From a virus (Duplodnaviria > Caudoviricetes), in the IMG/VR virus record IMGVR_UViG_3300042301_004035: a DNA stretch of 64,000 bases; one strand, given 5' to 3'. The notes below the pieces were generated by a model. It saw only the letters and a program-made list of their open reading frames with translations. It ran no database searches and was not told the DNA's origin. This document shows positions 36,651 to 47,218 of the stretch, piece after piece (position 1 is the stretch's first letter; each line of letters starts with the position of its first letter). The position numbers were made by a program, and so were the translations under genes.

Positions 36651-39600
36651 TTATATCTCCAATTCTAATATTTTATTAAGAGAATCCACAATTTTTCCTG
36701 ATGCAAGTATATCAAATTTGTAAACAAATTTTCGATTATTATCAATAATTTCTAAAAATACTGGTCTGTTTCCTTTATTATTAGAAACCAAATCATATAT
36801 CTTTTCGAAGGTACCCTGTGACAAACCGTCTTTAACAGTTAAGGATATTGGTTTGCCGCCGGAGAATATTTTAGAATCTATTTTTTCAGATGAATTATAA
36901 AACAATTTGACAACAGAATTCTCATCGTCATTCTCTCTGTTTAGAAATGCACTTACTACAAATATGTCTCCAGAATTAAAATAATCGTCACTTATATCTT
37001 TTGCATTCTTGGGGAAGATTATAACTTCTATACTAGAGCTGATGTCTTCTATCTCTAGCTTGTACATCTTTTGGCCTTTTTTAGTGGTCATCTTTTTGTT
37101 TGACACTATAATGCCGCCAACCTTAACTGCTGTTCCTCCTGGGCAGTCTGAAAGATCTATCACTTCGTGGGTGATTTGATTCTTAAGTATATCCCAGATG
37201 CCAAGAACTGGATGGTTGGTTACATAAATCCCTAGTTGTTCTCTCTCTTTTTCTAGAACTTCTAGTTCTATTCTTCTGCTCAATTCCATGTTCTGATCTT
37301 CAACTAATTCATCTAAGGCTCCAGAAAAACCTAAATTTTCTAAAGTAGACTTCTTTAACACCGATGGATCACATCTTCTATAGAAATCATACAAAGAGGT
37401 GTACGGCTTATCGTGGTCTCTGCAGTTGACTATAGAGTCTGCGATAGACAAGCCGATTCCATCTATGGCTGATAGACCAAAAATTATAGAGTTTGTATTA
37501 ACTACTTCAAAATCAACTCCAGAATAATTCACTGAAGGAGGAAGAACTTCTAGGTTTAACTTTCTGCAGTCTGAAAGATACAAAGCCTGCTTATCCTTGT
37601 TGCCAACTACTGAGGTCATTAAAGCCGCCATATACTCAACTGTATAATTAGCTTTTAGATATGCAGTTGTGTACGAGATCATCGCGTAACTCGCAGCGTG
37701 CGCTCTGTTAAAACCATAACCACCGAAGTATTCAATGTCCGAATAAATCTTATTTGCTTTATCATCAGTTATGTCAGAAACTTTTACGCAGCCTTCTACA
37801 AACTTTTTTCTGAATAAAGAAATCTTATCCATCTGCTTTTTACCAATGGCTTTACGCAAGTCGTCTGCTTCAGCGGAACTAAACCCAGCAAGCTCTCTAG
37901 CAACACCAAGCACGTCTTCCTGGTATAACATAATTCCAAGTGACGGTCCCAAAACTTTTTCAAGCTTAGGATGATCATATGATACCTTGGATTTTCCATT
38001 TTTTCTGTCTATATAAAGCTTATCCATCCCAGATCCCATTGGGCCAGGTCTGTACAAGGATATCAAAGCCATTATGTCTTCTATGTTTTGTGGCTGCATT
38101 TGAACCATCAACTGTCTCATGCCGGAAGATTCTAATTGAAACACTCCAGCTGAATTTCCCTTACATAATTCTTCATAAGTTTTTGGGTCATCTAGTGGGA
38201 TAAATTCTATATCGATAACTTCTTTTGTGTTTTTTTCTATAAGTTTTAAACATGAATCTATAACACCAAGGTTTCTTAAGCCCAAGAAGTCAATTTTTAA
38301 CAGACCGCATTGTTCCACTCTGCCCATGTCCCACTGCGTGACCAATGGTGCATCGACCCCCTTTTTCATCACGGGCAGGTAGTCTGTCAAAGGACCCTTA
38401 GATATCACCACGCCAGCTGCGTGTATACCCGTTTGTCTGACTAAACCCTCTAAGCCAATAGCAGTATCTACTATGAGCTTTGAGTCGCTACTCAAAGTGT
38501 ATTCTGTTTTAAACTCTTGAACTTCCATGCATTCTGCTAGGTTTTTTGACACGCCTAAAATAGGGGCAGGGACGAGTTTTGCTATCTTATCTCCAGATAT
38601 AAAATCATAACCTAAAGCTCTGGCAGCATCGCGCAAAGATTGTCTAGCGCCAGTTCTGTTGAAGGTGCATATGTGCGCAACTCTATCATCGCCATATTTA
38701 GTTCTTGCATATTCGATAACTCTATCTCTATGTCTATCATCAAAGTCAAGGTCAATGTCGGGCATTGACTTTCTTCCTTCAACCAAAAATCTTTCAAACA
38801 TCAAACCAAATCTAATTGGATCTAGATTAGTAATATCAAATGCGTAAGACAGCACACTACCAGCCGCAGATCCTCTACCCCATCCAACTCTTATTTGATT
38901 ATCCTTAGCCCACTTAACTAGGTCAGAAACTACCAAAAAGTATTCCGAAAATCCCATTTCTTTTACTACTTTTATTTCATGATTAGCTCTATCAACTATA
39001 TTTTGCGGGAGAGGATCGCCATATCTTTTCTTCAAACCATCCCAAGCTAATCTTTCAAAGTATTCAGTTGAGCTTTCTTTTGTTGGTATAGGAAAATCAG
39101 GAAAGTGAATATCCCCAAAGTTTAAGTTAACATCGACCATGTCATTTACATGCATTGTATTCTTTAGATATTCTTCAGAAAAAATCGAAGACATTTCATC
39201 ATAGGACTGCAAATAAAACTTGTCTCCAGAAAAAGAAAATCTATTTGGAGTATGAATATTGCAGTTGGTAGCAACACATAACATTATGTCATGTGACTGG
39301 GCATCGTGTTGATGTACATAATGGCAGTCGCCCGAAGGAACAACCTTGGCGCCTATAGTATTTGCTATCTTTATGAGACCAGGTATCACACTCAACTGTT
39401 CTTCTATACCGTGATTCTGTATTTCTATAAAGTAATTTTCTTTTCCGACTATGTCTTGCATAGAGGCAGCATGCTTTAATGCCGTGTTGTAATCGTTTCT
39501 AAGCAGTGCTTGTGACACTTCTCCGTTAAGGCAGCCTGATAATACTATTATGCCATCTGAGTGTTGTGATATTAAATCATGATCGACTCTAGGCTTTACG

Positions 39601-39974
39601 TAGTAACCCTCGGTGAAAGCCCTAGATGACATCTTAATAATGTTGTGATAACCAATATTATTCTTAGCCAAAATAGTTATATGATAAGGCCCTCTTTGTT
39701 CCCACTCATTTTTAGACGGGCCAGATCTTTCTTCTTCGTCTCTATCAAATCTAGTCTTTCTAGCTTGATAAAATTCAGAACCCAATATCGGCTTGACTCC
39801 AACGGCTTTCCCAACGTCGTAAAAATCTAGCCAAGAATGTATATTTCCGTGGTCAGTTGTGGCTATCCCGGCCATCCCAAGTAGCTTGGCTCTTTCTAGA
39901 TATTCTTCGACTCTCCCGTGCCCGTCAAGCATGGAGAACACGGTATGGTTGTGAAGGTTAGTCCAGTTTTTCAT
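36651..39974 (-). CDS. dnaE: DNA polymerase III alpha subunit
   Basis: PHP domain (LHNHT.FS.LDG, TDHGN), GRGSAAGS, PDIDLDF, KIDFLGL, FNRAHAASY, C-terminal OB fold. Confidence 0.97.
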   Translation of the reverse strand: MKNWTNLHNHTVFSMLDGHGRVEEYLERAKLLGMAGIATTDHGNIHSWLDFYDVGKAVGVKPILGSEFYQARKTRFDRDEEERSGPSKNEWEQRGPYHITILAKNNIGYHNIIKMSSRAFTEGYYVKPRVDHDLISQHSDGIIVLSGCLNGEVSQALLRNDYNTALKHAASMQDIVGKENYFIEIQNHGIEEQLSVIPGLIKIANTIGAKVVPSGDCHYVHQHDAQSHDIMLCVATNCNIHTPNRFSFSGDKFYLQSYDEMSSIFSEEYLKNTMHVNDMVDVNLNFGDIHFPDFPIPTKESSTEYFERLAWDGLKKRYGDPLPQNIVDRANHEIKVVKEMGFSEYFLVVSDLVKWAKDNQIRVGWGRGSAAGSVLSYAFDITNLDPIRFGLMFERFLVEGRKSMPDIDLDFDDRHRDRVIEYARTKYGDDRVAHICTFNRTGARQSLRDAARALGYDFISGDKIAKLVPAPILGVSKNLAECMEVQEFKTEYTLSSDSKLIVDTAIGLEGLVRQTGIHAAGVVISKGPLTDYLPVMKKGVDAPLVTQWDMGRVEQCGLLKIDFLGLRNLGVIDSCLKLIEKNTKEVIDIEFIPLDDPKTYEELCKGNSAGVFQLESSGMRQLMVQMQPQNIEDIMALISLYRPGPMGSGMDKLYIDRKNGKSKVSYDHPKLEKVLGPSLGIMLYQEDVLGVARELAGFSSAEADDLRKAIGKKQMDKISLFRKKFVEGCVKVSDITDDKANKIYSDIEYFGGYGFNRAHAASYAMISYTTAYLKANYTVEYMAALMTSVVGNKDKQALYLSDCRKLNLEVLPPSVNYSGVDFEVVNTNSIIFGLSAIDGIGLSIADSIVNCRDHDKPYTSLYDFYRRCDPSVLKKSTLENLGFSGALDELVEDQNMELSRRIELEVLEKEREQLGIYVTNHPVLGIWDILKNQITHEVIDLSDCPGGTAVKVGGIIVSNKKMTTKKGQKMYKLEIEDISSSIEVIIFPKNAKDISDDYFNSGDIFVVSAFLNRENDDENSVVKLFYNSSEKIDSKIFSGGKPISLTVKDGLSQGTFEKIYDLVSNNKGNRPVFLEIIDNNRKFVYKFDILASGKIVDSLNKILELEI

Positions 39975-39987
39975 TATGATTTACTAG

Positions 39988-40191
39988 TTAAATTCCTCTT
40001 CTATTATCGGAGTCGTTAAGAGAATTATCTCTTTCTTCTCTATAAACAATTGCTACAACTCCTCCGCAGTACTTGCACGGAACTACTTTCCCCTCTTGAG
40101 CAAAGGGGCTGTTGTACATATAAGCCATAGGCTGATCGGATTTACACTCAGTGCAAACTCCAATTACGTCATCTTCATTTTCAACTGGCAT
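39988..40191 (-). CDS. small zinc-ribbon protein
   Basis: CTEC...CKYC. Confidence 0.65.
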   Translation of the reverse strand: MPVENEDDVIGVCTECKSDQPMAYMYNSPFAQEGKVVPCKYCGGVVAIVYREERDNSLNDSDNRRGI

Positions 40192-41383
40192 TGTTTCTGT
40201 CTCCTTTTTGTTTATATGCGAATCTTATTGGCGATGGGGAGAGTTCTTCAGTGCTCTCGATATATTTATTGCCAACAGTAATCCATTTTTTCTTCTTTTC
40301 TAAATGACAATCTCCACATCCAACGCCAGCAGAATTAGCTCTGTCACAAGTGTACGGTCTGCCACCTATGCCTATCTGTCTTCTTTTTATCCAATCGTTA
40401 ATATGGCTTGTGGATTTTTCATAATTAAAATCATCACACAGACTAAGTATACTATACAAAAACTTTATTGATTCTTCATTGTAGGTAAGTATTGAACAGA
40501 GAAACAATCTTGCTTCATGCTCTAACTTTTTATTAACTTTTGCCTGCTCAATTAGTCTTGTGATAGCACTGCAGTTTTTTAATAGTTCTTTTGGAGTAAA
40601 TTCTTTTTCATTTAAATTTATCTCCTTGAAAGCAGACGACCCATGCCTATTGAAGTGTTCAAGAAAGTTTGAAGACCTACCCTTATCTAGCTCCATGTCG
40701 TAAGTAAATTCCCTAAACCACTCATTTGCTTTCAGGTTAAACTCTTGATCTTCAACAAGATTGTCTGCTTCTACCTTGCAGAAATCAACTACAGCATCCA
40801 GTCCTGAATTAAGTATTTCTTTAGGAATAAGATTTTTATATAGACCGGTTTCCTGATGTTTGCTACCAGCAAGACGCCACATTCTTCTGGGGTCATAGAC
40901 ACTAAAGTCTATTGATTCAATGTTTAGATTTTTTTTAATCTTAGTGGCTATGTATCTGAATATGTTAGGAAGCGCGTTGGACGGATTGATGCCTAGAGCT
41001 ATGGCTTCACATTCTATGTGAAAACCTTTTTTGCCAGTAAAATAAACTAACAAAGATTTTTCTGGGACGTACTGCTCTAAGTATTCAACCAACTTTTTGC
41101 ATTCTTCGTAAGATATGTTCGGGTCTTTATTATCCAAGTCAAAATAAAGAGAACCTAGTCTGACAGCTTTTTCAATATCTTCGGAATTATAATGCCAGAT
41201 AGAAGTATACAAACCATTATTGCTATGTTGCTTTCTATAGTTATCTATGTTAAATATAGAAATGAATCTAGGATTGTCTCCATCTTTATCTCTTATAATT
41301 CGAGATAGGGAAGGGACGTATCTAGCAGTCTCAACCAATTGCCAAGAGTTTAAATATTTTTCTTTATCATTTGGTATCTTCAT
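40181..41383 (-). CDS. archaeo-eukaryotic primase (AEP) fused to a PriL-like Fe-S domain
   Basis: LYFDLD, YFTGKKGFHI, D.SVY...RMWRL; C-terminal C...HEARL...PYTC...GCGDC. Confidence 0.8.
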   Translation of the reverse strand: MKIPNDKEKYLNSWQLVETARYVPSLSRIIRDKDGDNPRFISIFNIDNYRKQHSNNGLYTSIWHYNSEDIEKAVRLGSLYFDLDNKDPNISYEECKKLVEYLEQYVPEKSLLVYFTGKKGFHIECEAIALGINPSNALPNIFRYIATKIKKNLNIESIDFSVYDPRRMWRLAGSKHQETGLYKNLIPKEILNSGLDAVVDFCKVEADNLVEDQEFNLKANEWFREFTYDMELDKGRSSNFLEHFNRHGSSAFKEINLNEKEFTPKELLKNCSAITRLIEQAKVNKKLEHEARLFLCSILTYNEESIKFLYSILSLCDDFNYEKSTSHINDWIKRRQIGIGGRPYTCDRANSAGVGCGDCHLEKKKKWITVGNKYIESTEELSPSPIRFAYKQKGDRNNAS

Positions 41384-41547
41384 AAAATAACTTTTTTGTT
41401 TTCAATGTTATTAATATTGCCAATAACTATTTTATCCGACTCTATAATGTTCTTACTGTTGTTTCTGTAGTATACAGACTCTGCTATTATTTTATCTATA
41501 TTTTTAATTAAAAAATATCTTTTCTTAATTCTTTGTTCCAGATCCAT
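41380..41547 (-). CDS. small hypothetical protein
   Basis: Manual translation MDLEQRIKKRYF...KKVIL* (55 aa), fills the gap with overlaps. Confidence 0.5.
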   Translation of the reverse strand: MDLEQRIKKRYFLIKNIDKIIAESVYYRNNSKNIIESDKIVIGNINNIENKKVIL

Positions 41548-42214
41548 CTTTTCTCCATTTTGGATTTATCAAATCACTATCTTCAATAACCAAATGTATC
41601 TTTGAAGCAATGTTATCGGATAAATGAACAATATAATCTAAATAAGTTATTGGATAAGTTTCTGGTATAGGAGACCATGGTCCTAGGTGGCATCTAACTA
41701 ATCTGAGTATCGATTGTACAATGTCCTCTGACAAGAATAGAGTAGAAGATTCTGACTCACTCGCAAACTTCTTATCTTTTTCTTGACAAAAAGAAATAAA
41801 CTTTCCTACCGTATACGGATGCATTGGGTCGTACCTACAATCGTCAGACCCACCTTCGTGTACACCCTTGCATACGTCGTGAAGAAGACACGCGGCTATA
41901 ACAATGTCTTTCTCTTCTTGCGAAAGAGAATATGACTCGCTCATATACGATGCTATTCTAACTACTCTTTTAGTGTGGAGAACATTTCCGCCTTCACCGT
42001 GCTCATCCGAAGGATGATACTTGCCAGAAAAACTTGATGGAATTTTCCAAAATAAATCATTTCTAATTAATATAGACCTAACAAAAGATCTTATAGACTC
42101 ATCAACGATAAGATTGATTTCTCCCAACAATGTAGAAAGAACTTCATTTTCTTTCCCCATTGAAGAAGCATTTTTTTCCTCTATAAGAATATCATCTAAT
42201 ATACTTTTACCCAT
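41525..42214 (-). CDS. HD-domain phosphohydrolase
   Basis: GKYHP...HTKRV...LLHDVCK...HP...CHLGPW...HLSD. Confidence 0.85.
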   Translation of the reverse strand: MGKSILDDILIEEKNASSMGKENEVLSTLLGEINLIVDESIRSFVRSILIRNDLFWKIPSSFSGKYHPSDEHGEGGNVLHTKRVVRIASYMSESYSLSQEEKDIVIAACLLHDVCKGVHEGGSDDCRYDPMHPYTVGKFISFCQEKDKKFASESESSTLFLSEDIVQSILRLVRCHLGPWSPIPETYPITYLDYIVHLSDNIASKIHLVIEDSDLINPKWRKDGSGTKN

Positions 42215-42998
42215 TTTTATCTTCTTTCTTCCAGTCGTTCCAATTTGAACAAGGTTCATCAAACGGACATTTTTTACAATAAGATATCAGCCCTCTTTTA
42301 GGTACTAAAACCTCGGTGTTTAACATTTTGTTGCACCAGTAATCATAATACTGGAGATCTTCATTTCTTATTTGGAATTCATTAAAACCTATATTCTGAC
42401 TCAATGGATCTATGAAACCAAATTTAGTATTTGCCATTCTTTCTGGGTGCCTATTGTGGTAAGCCTTATACAAGGTACAAAAATCTGTTCGATACAAATC
42501 TCTATTGCTAAACTTATACCCAAATATAATTTTGGTTACAAAATATTGTTTCTTATAAAAAAATATAATATCAAAAGTATCCTGTAGATTAAGATTACCT
42601 ATCGGCATGTTGTACTCTTCGCTTATGGCCACAGGTATATATGGAGATTCCGAATAGGTTTCGTGGAATCCCAGTAGGATGCCAGCTGCTTTAGAGGTCA
42701 AGCTGGCAGTGTTCCCGTATGCGGTCTCGTGTTGTTCTGTCACGATATCGTATGAGTTAGTATTCTTAGGAAACCAAATCTTTTCCCATCTATTTAATAG
42801 AGATGAATAAGATGGAATTATCCCACCTTGTTTTTTGAAAAAGAAAAAATACATTATACTCTTAATAGTTGATTCAAACTTTTCGGTATGTATGTCTCTT
42901 GCATATATCTTTTCTGGCAACTTTTGCTGATGCCTATAATCAAATAGGCGTTCACATAGTTGAAAATCTTTTAAAGATTGTACTGATACAGGTTCCAT
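42207..42998 (-). CDS. degenerate PD-(D/E)XK/RecB-like protein
   Basis: SLKDFQLCER N-terminal motif and C-terminal CKKCPF..PC; catalytic motif appears altered (QDTFDII...TKII). Confidence 0.55.
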   Translation of the reverse strand: MEPVSVQSLKDFQLCERLFDYRHQQKLPEKIYARDIHTEKFESTIKSIMYFFFFKKQGGIIPSYSSLLNRWEKIWFPKNTNSYDIVTEQHETAYGNTASLTSKAAGILLGFHETYSESPYIPVAISEEYNMPIGNLNLQDTFDIIFFYKKQYFVTKIIFGYKFSNRDLYRTDFCTLYKAYHNRHPERMANTKFGFIDPLSQNIGFNEFQIRNEDLQYYDYWCNKMLNTEVLVPKRGLISYCKKCPFDEPCSNWNDWKKEDKNG

Positions 42999-44461
42999 TA
43001 ATGAAAATCCTTTCCACTTAATAAGTCATCTAATAAAGATGATGAAGACGTATACGAGCTATCGGTAACTGGATCATAATCTTCGTAGGTTTTCTTGTAG
43101 TCAACATACTTGACTAAGGGCGGATCATACAAAAATGCTGAACCAGTAATTCTATTCTTGGGAATCTGAAGCTGCATTATATTTTCATCTTCAGTTTCAT
43201 CGTTTGTTGCTAATCTTTTTTCTGTAATAAAAATTGTTACTGCACACTTTTGCTGAATAGCTAAGGAGCCACCAGTGTCAGACTGTTGGACTACCTCACG
43301 CTTTTCCTTCATTCTGTTTGAATTTTCCTGTGCTGTAATTATTAAAGCGCAATTCATATCTCTTGCAAGCTTTTCTAAACGCACCATCATTTCTTCAAAC
43401 TCACCCCAACGTGGCTTGCCCTTACCCCCACCCTTAGTGAACATAGACTGGATTGTATCTATTATAACTATGTCTGGCATGTTGATGTTCTGCCCAATTA
43501 TATCTCTTAACCAAAATTCTAGGTCTTCAAAGTACGGAGTATCCGGGTCATGTCTAACCATAAGACGGTCACCCCACTTAGCCAGTCGGGCCTTAAAGGT
43601 ATTCAGGTGTTTATTCTTTTCTTCTTCTGACCACTTTGATGACTCTAGGTAAACATTCTTTTCTATTATCTGTGTCATTAAGATTCTCTCCCAGTGACCA
43701 GTAGCTTCTTCAAAGTTTACATATAAAACTCTATAACCGTTATCTAACCAATTGTTTGCTAGGCACTTGACGAACGTGCTCTTGCCCTTGCCTGATGCGG
43801 CGATGACTGCGTGTACAGCCCCCCTAAAGAAGCCGCCCTCGTCCGTGTACCCCATGGCCCTATTAAGTGCCTTAAATTGAGTAGGTAAGAAGTTCGGTAT
43901 ATCTAATAGCGAATCTACTCTGCTAGCTATTTCGTCAGCAGTTGTTATTTTATCTAGTGGATTATATCTTATTTGATTTTCTAATTCTCTTATTTCAGAA
44001 GTAAGAGTTTGGATTCTAGATATATCATCTTCAGTCTTTTGTCCTTTTTGAGATATTATAGATTGAAGTTCTTGTAAATAGTTAATCTGTTTTCTTTTAT
44101 TAGCTTTATACTTTACTAATTCAGAAACAGATTCTTGCGTTGACAGTTCGGCAGACATTAATAAATCAACCATGACGCCGACCCCAGCGTTACCACCAAG
44201 AGCTTCGTGTATATCCGTTTCTGTTTGTAGCCAAGACTTAAAAGCTATTGGGTCAACAATATCAAGTTGTGTAGCATTCTCAAAAGCTAGAAGAGCCTTA
44301 TAGAATTCATTTATTCCTTTTTCCCCATGTATGGAACCAACAATTTCTTCTGGAAGATTTTCCTTGAAGTAATTAATCGCTCCATTTTTTCTAAGTGAGA
44401 GAGCAAAGATCTGGTACTCTAGTGGAATGTTATCCTCTACCTTTTCATTTGCTTGTGTCAT
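42998..44461 (-). CDS. replicative DNA helicase (DnaB-like)
   Basis: Walker A AASGKGKST, Walker B IVIIDTIQ, TAQEN, IPKNR. Confidence 0.9.
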   Translation of the reverse strand: MTQANEKVEDNIPLEYQIFALSLRKNGAINYFKENLPEEIVGSIHGEKGINEFYKALLAFENATQLDIVDPIAFKSWLQTETDIHEALGGNAGVGVMVDLLMSAELSTQESVSELVKYKANKRKQINYLQELQSIISQKGQKTEDDISRIQTLTSEIRELENQIRYNPLDKITTADEIASRVDSLLDIPNFLPTQFKALNRAMGYTDEGGFFRGAVHAVIAASGKGKSTFVKCLANNWLDNGYRVLYVNFEEATGHWERILMTQIIEKNVYLESSKWSEEEKNKHLNTFKARLAKWGDRLMVRHDPDTPYFEDLEFWLRDIIGQNINMPDIVIIDTIQSMFTKGGGKGKPRWGEFEEMMVRLEKLARDMNCALIITAQENSNRMKEKREVVQQSDTGGSLAIQQKCAVTIFITEKRLATNDETEDENIMQLQIPKNRITGSAFLYDPPLVKYVDYKKTYEDYDPVTDSSYTSSSSLLDDLLSGKDFH

Positions 44462-45096
44462 TGTTTCTTTTTCTCTTTTATAGATCGGTAAATTTTTTTC
44501 TTGTACTCTGAATTTTTCTTCTTAATACTTCTGTAAGCTTCGGAGGACGTCGTAGTATTTTTCTTCTTCTCTTTGGGCTTATAAGGGTTTGATCTAATCG
44601 CTTCGAGCAATCTGTCGAACACTGATTGTTCCGTTAAGCTATCATTATAGCGGAAGACAATCAATGCCACACCATTATCTATGCACCATTGTTCTTTTTT
44701 TTCGTCTCTCTTAATAGCTTCTTCAAAATCATATTTAGATTCAAAAAATCTACTGGTGTAATAATAGTGCTGTCTTCCATGAAATTCTGCAGCTATCTCA
44801 TACTTAGGGCAGTAAACATCTAGCTTTAATTTATCGCCTATATGATATTCGTTTATAATTTTTTCTCCTGGAAGGAGCTTTTGCAGTGCTGACGTTAAAG
44901 CTGTCTGACCTCTAGACATTTTTTTTCTACTGTCTTTTAACCACGTTAACCCAATAGAGTTAATCTTCTTATTTACCTGTGGTATAGTCCAGCCTAATTC
45001 TTTTGCTATTTCAGAAATAGATAAAGAAGTTTCCAATAATAGATCTTTTAGAAAATCAATATCGTCTTGGTCTTTGTCTACTTTTTTACCATGCAT
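44458..45096 (-). CDS. HTH plus Vsr/DUF559-like endonuclease
   Basis: SISEIAKELGW; LDVYCP...AAEFHGRQHY...RDEKK..WC. Confidence 0.7.
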   Translation of the reverse strand: MHGKKVDKDQDDIDFLKDLLLETSLSISEIAKELGWTIPQVNKKINSIGLTWLKDSRKKMSRGQTALTSALQKLLPGEKIINEYHIGDKLKLDVYCPKYEIAAEFHGRQHYYYTSRFFESKYDFEEAIKRDEKKEQWCIDNGVALIVFRYNDSLTEQSVFDRLLEAIRSNPYKPKEKKKNTTTSSEAYRSIKKKNSEYKKKIYRSIKEKKKQ

Positions 45097-45097
45097 T

Positions 45098-45727
45098 TCA
45101 CTCAGCCGTGTTATATGTTTTTGAATAACTAATAGTTTTACCCAAATCTATAATCGACATGTTTAGCTTGTTCCAAATTGAATTTGATAAAGCTAATCCC
45201 AAAGAAGAGCAATCTAAAATACAATAATCTATCTTACCTTCTAAGGCAGCAATTTTCTCGAAGGTATCTTCTAGTCTAGAAAAATAATTGTTGAAAGGAA
45301 CACTAATTACATTTGTTTTAAATCCCATAAATTTATATATAGTTTTTTTATCATGAAAAGAAACCACTGCCGTATTAGTATTCTTAATATAAAAGTTAAA
45401 AATTGAATTATATACTTCTCTATTATTTTCGTAGTAGTACTCAAACAGATTAGGGCTATAGAACTTGCCATCATCAACCAGGCCAATGCCAGAATGCTTT
45501 GAAGCAACCACTTCTTCGACAAGTGATTCAGGTATGCTCTTTATAATTCTACTGTCGGACAAATTAATCGATCTAATAATTTCTTTATTAAAACGAGAAG
45601 GTGTACCATCCGCATTTTTCTTGCTTAAAGAAACTATTGAAGACTTTGCTATATTTAAGAAAGCAAACTTTTCCTTTGAGTTCATCAGCTTAGTTAATTC
45701 TATTGAAGCTTGTATTTGATTTTTCAT
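45098..45727 (-). CDS. GT-D fold (DUF1792-like) glycosyltransferase-like protein
   Basis: C-terminal ILDCSSLGLAL...IIDLGK and N-terminal FAF.N.A..S. Confidence 0.45.
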   Translation of the reverse strand: MKNQIQASIELTKLMNSKEKFAFLNIAKSSIVSLSKKNADGTPSRFNKEIIRSINLSDSRIIKSIPESLVEEVVASKHSGIGLVDDGKFYSPNLFEYYYENNREVYNSIFNFYIKNTNTAVVSFHDKKTIYKFMGFKTNVISVPFNNYFSRLEDTFEKIAALEGKIDYCILDCSSLGLALSNSIWNKLNMSIIDLGKTISYSKTYNTAE

Positions 45728-45736
45728 TTGTACTCC

Positions 45737-46450
45737 TTAAATTCCAAAGTTACCCCAGTTAATTAAAACTGGGTTTGGATCTACGATTGAATTGATATGA
45801 TTTAACGCGTGGAATTCTCCACCATCTATAGTTGAATATCTCTCATACTTTGATTGCTTGTCTTCATCTTTTATGTATCCAAGATGTTGCATGATCAAAT
45901 TTGAATTAACAAAATAATTTCTTTGGTTTATTAAATCTAAAACATACGTTGGTTCAGATCCACAAGCTAGTGCTCTATCTCTAAACATAGCACCAGACAT
46001 AAATCTAAATATTCTACTGCTGTTATTTGGTGCCCAAAGTTTGTCCACTCTATACTGAGTATCATTCCACATGTGGTAGAACCTAACATTAACAACATCT
46101 TTTTCTGATGAATTTAATATCTGTCTAATATCGGTTTTTGTTATATCGGAAGAGTCATAAAGCATTTCATCGCAGTCTATGGCGATGATCCAGTCGCCTT
46201 CTGTGGCATGATTCTCAAGATTCAACCAAGCGTATCTGCGTAGTCTTCCTTCATGCGTGGTGAACATTGGCTTAGGCGTCTTGTAAACATTAGCGTACTT
46301 AGACGCTATTTCTGCGGTGTTATCATCAGAGCAATCGTCTGTAAAAACAATTTCATCTACTTGGCTTTTTAATCTTTCCAACACCTCTGGAAGATATTTG
46401 TTGGCTTCATTTCGGCCTACCATTTGGGCTATTACTTTTGGTTGTGACAT
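45737..46450 (-). CDS. glycosyltransferase family 2
   Basis: RNEA..YLP, VFTDDCSDDNT, IAIDCDE, HLGY. Confidence 0.85.
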   Translation of the reverse strand: MSQPKVIAQMVGRNEANKYLPEVLERLKSQVDEIVFTDDCSDDNTAEIASKYANVYKTPKPMFTTHEGRLRRYAWLNLENHATEGDWIIAIDCDEMLYDSSDITKTDIRQILNSSEKDVVNVRFYHMWNDTQYRVDKLWAPNNSSRIFRFMSGAMFRDRALACGSEPTYVLDLINQRNYFVNSNLIMQHLGYIKDEDKQSKYERYSTIDGGEFHALNHINSIVDPNPVLINWGNFGI

Positions 46451-46473
46451 TTTTACTCACTTGTATAAGAAGA

Positions 46474-46505
46474 AGAACAACGGCAGGGAGGGCCTGCCGT
46501 TGTTC
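46474..46505. terminator. intergenic hairpin (terminator-like)
   Basis: GAACAACGGCAGG...CCTGCCGTTGTTC inverted repeat followed on - by TTCTTCTT. Confidence 0.7.
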
Positions 46506-46524
46506 AAATGGATAAAACTATTTA

Positions 46525-46719
46525 TTAACTCTCTAGTTGTTCGCGAGCTTTTACTGCTGTAATTCTTTCAACATCAACATCTTTGAAAAGAAGTTCTCCA
46601 GATACCCCAGATACTGTTCTGCGATTACCACTAGCAATCTTCTCTGCTTCTGTCATATTTGAAGCTTTGACAATCGATGTAGTTGTAACTGTAAAATACT
46701 TGAATTTATTTTCAGCCAT
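46525..46719 (-). CDS. small hypothetical protein
   Basis: MAENKFKYF...; AAGGAA RBS; followed by the hairpin. Confidence 0.6.
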   Translation of the reverse strand: MAENKFKYFTVTTTSIVKASNMTEAEKIASGNRRTVSGVSGELLFKDVDVERITAVKAREQLES

Positions 46720-46807
46720 TGTATTCCTTTTTTTAGTGGCACTTTGCCAATTTATGTAACACACTTATTATATCATGTGCGATATGCTAGATCAAACCTA
46801 GTAAAGT

Positions 46808-47218
46808 TTATCTTTTTGAAGGATAAGTTTTAGCTATATATTCAATAGCCTCTTCTAAAGAAGAAGTTATTTTTGTTGACAAGAAATTAAGATAGACTCT
46901 TGACTGATATGAATCGTCTGCGAATACAACTACTGGTTGGTTGTTAAAATGAGCCCAGGTTATTTCAAAATCTGTACCGATATAAGCTCTACCCGGTATC
47001 GTATACTCTACTAAAAGTATGTCACAATTTTTTTGTAAAAATATATTCTTATCTACTATCTCTTTTGGTTCACAATCGGTTTCTTCCAAAGCGTAATCCA
47101 TTGGATTGACAGCTTCAAAACCCCTATCGGCTAATAGTTTTACGGCTTTATTTCTCCAACCGTGTGCGAATATGCCAACTTCTTCTATTGCTCCAGATAA
47201 AAAAACTTTAGTTTGCAT
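46808..47218 (-). CDS. nucleoside 2-deoxyribosyltransferase-like protein
   Basis: VFLSGAI...VNP.D...CDILLV...GT.FEI..A...PVV. Confidence 0.75.
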   Translation of the reverse strand: MQTKVFLSGAIEEVGIFAHGWRNKAVKLLADRGFEAVNPMDYALEETDCEPKEIVDKNIFLQKNCDILLVEYTIPGRAYIGTDFEITWAHFNNQPVVVFADDSYQSRVYLNFLSTKITSSLEEAIEYIAKTYPSKR

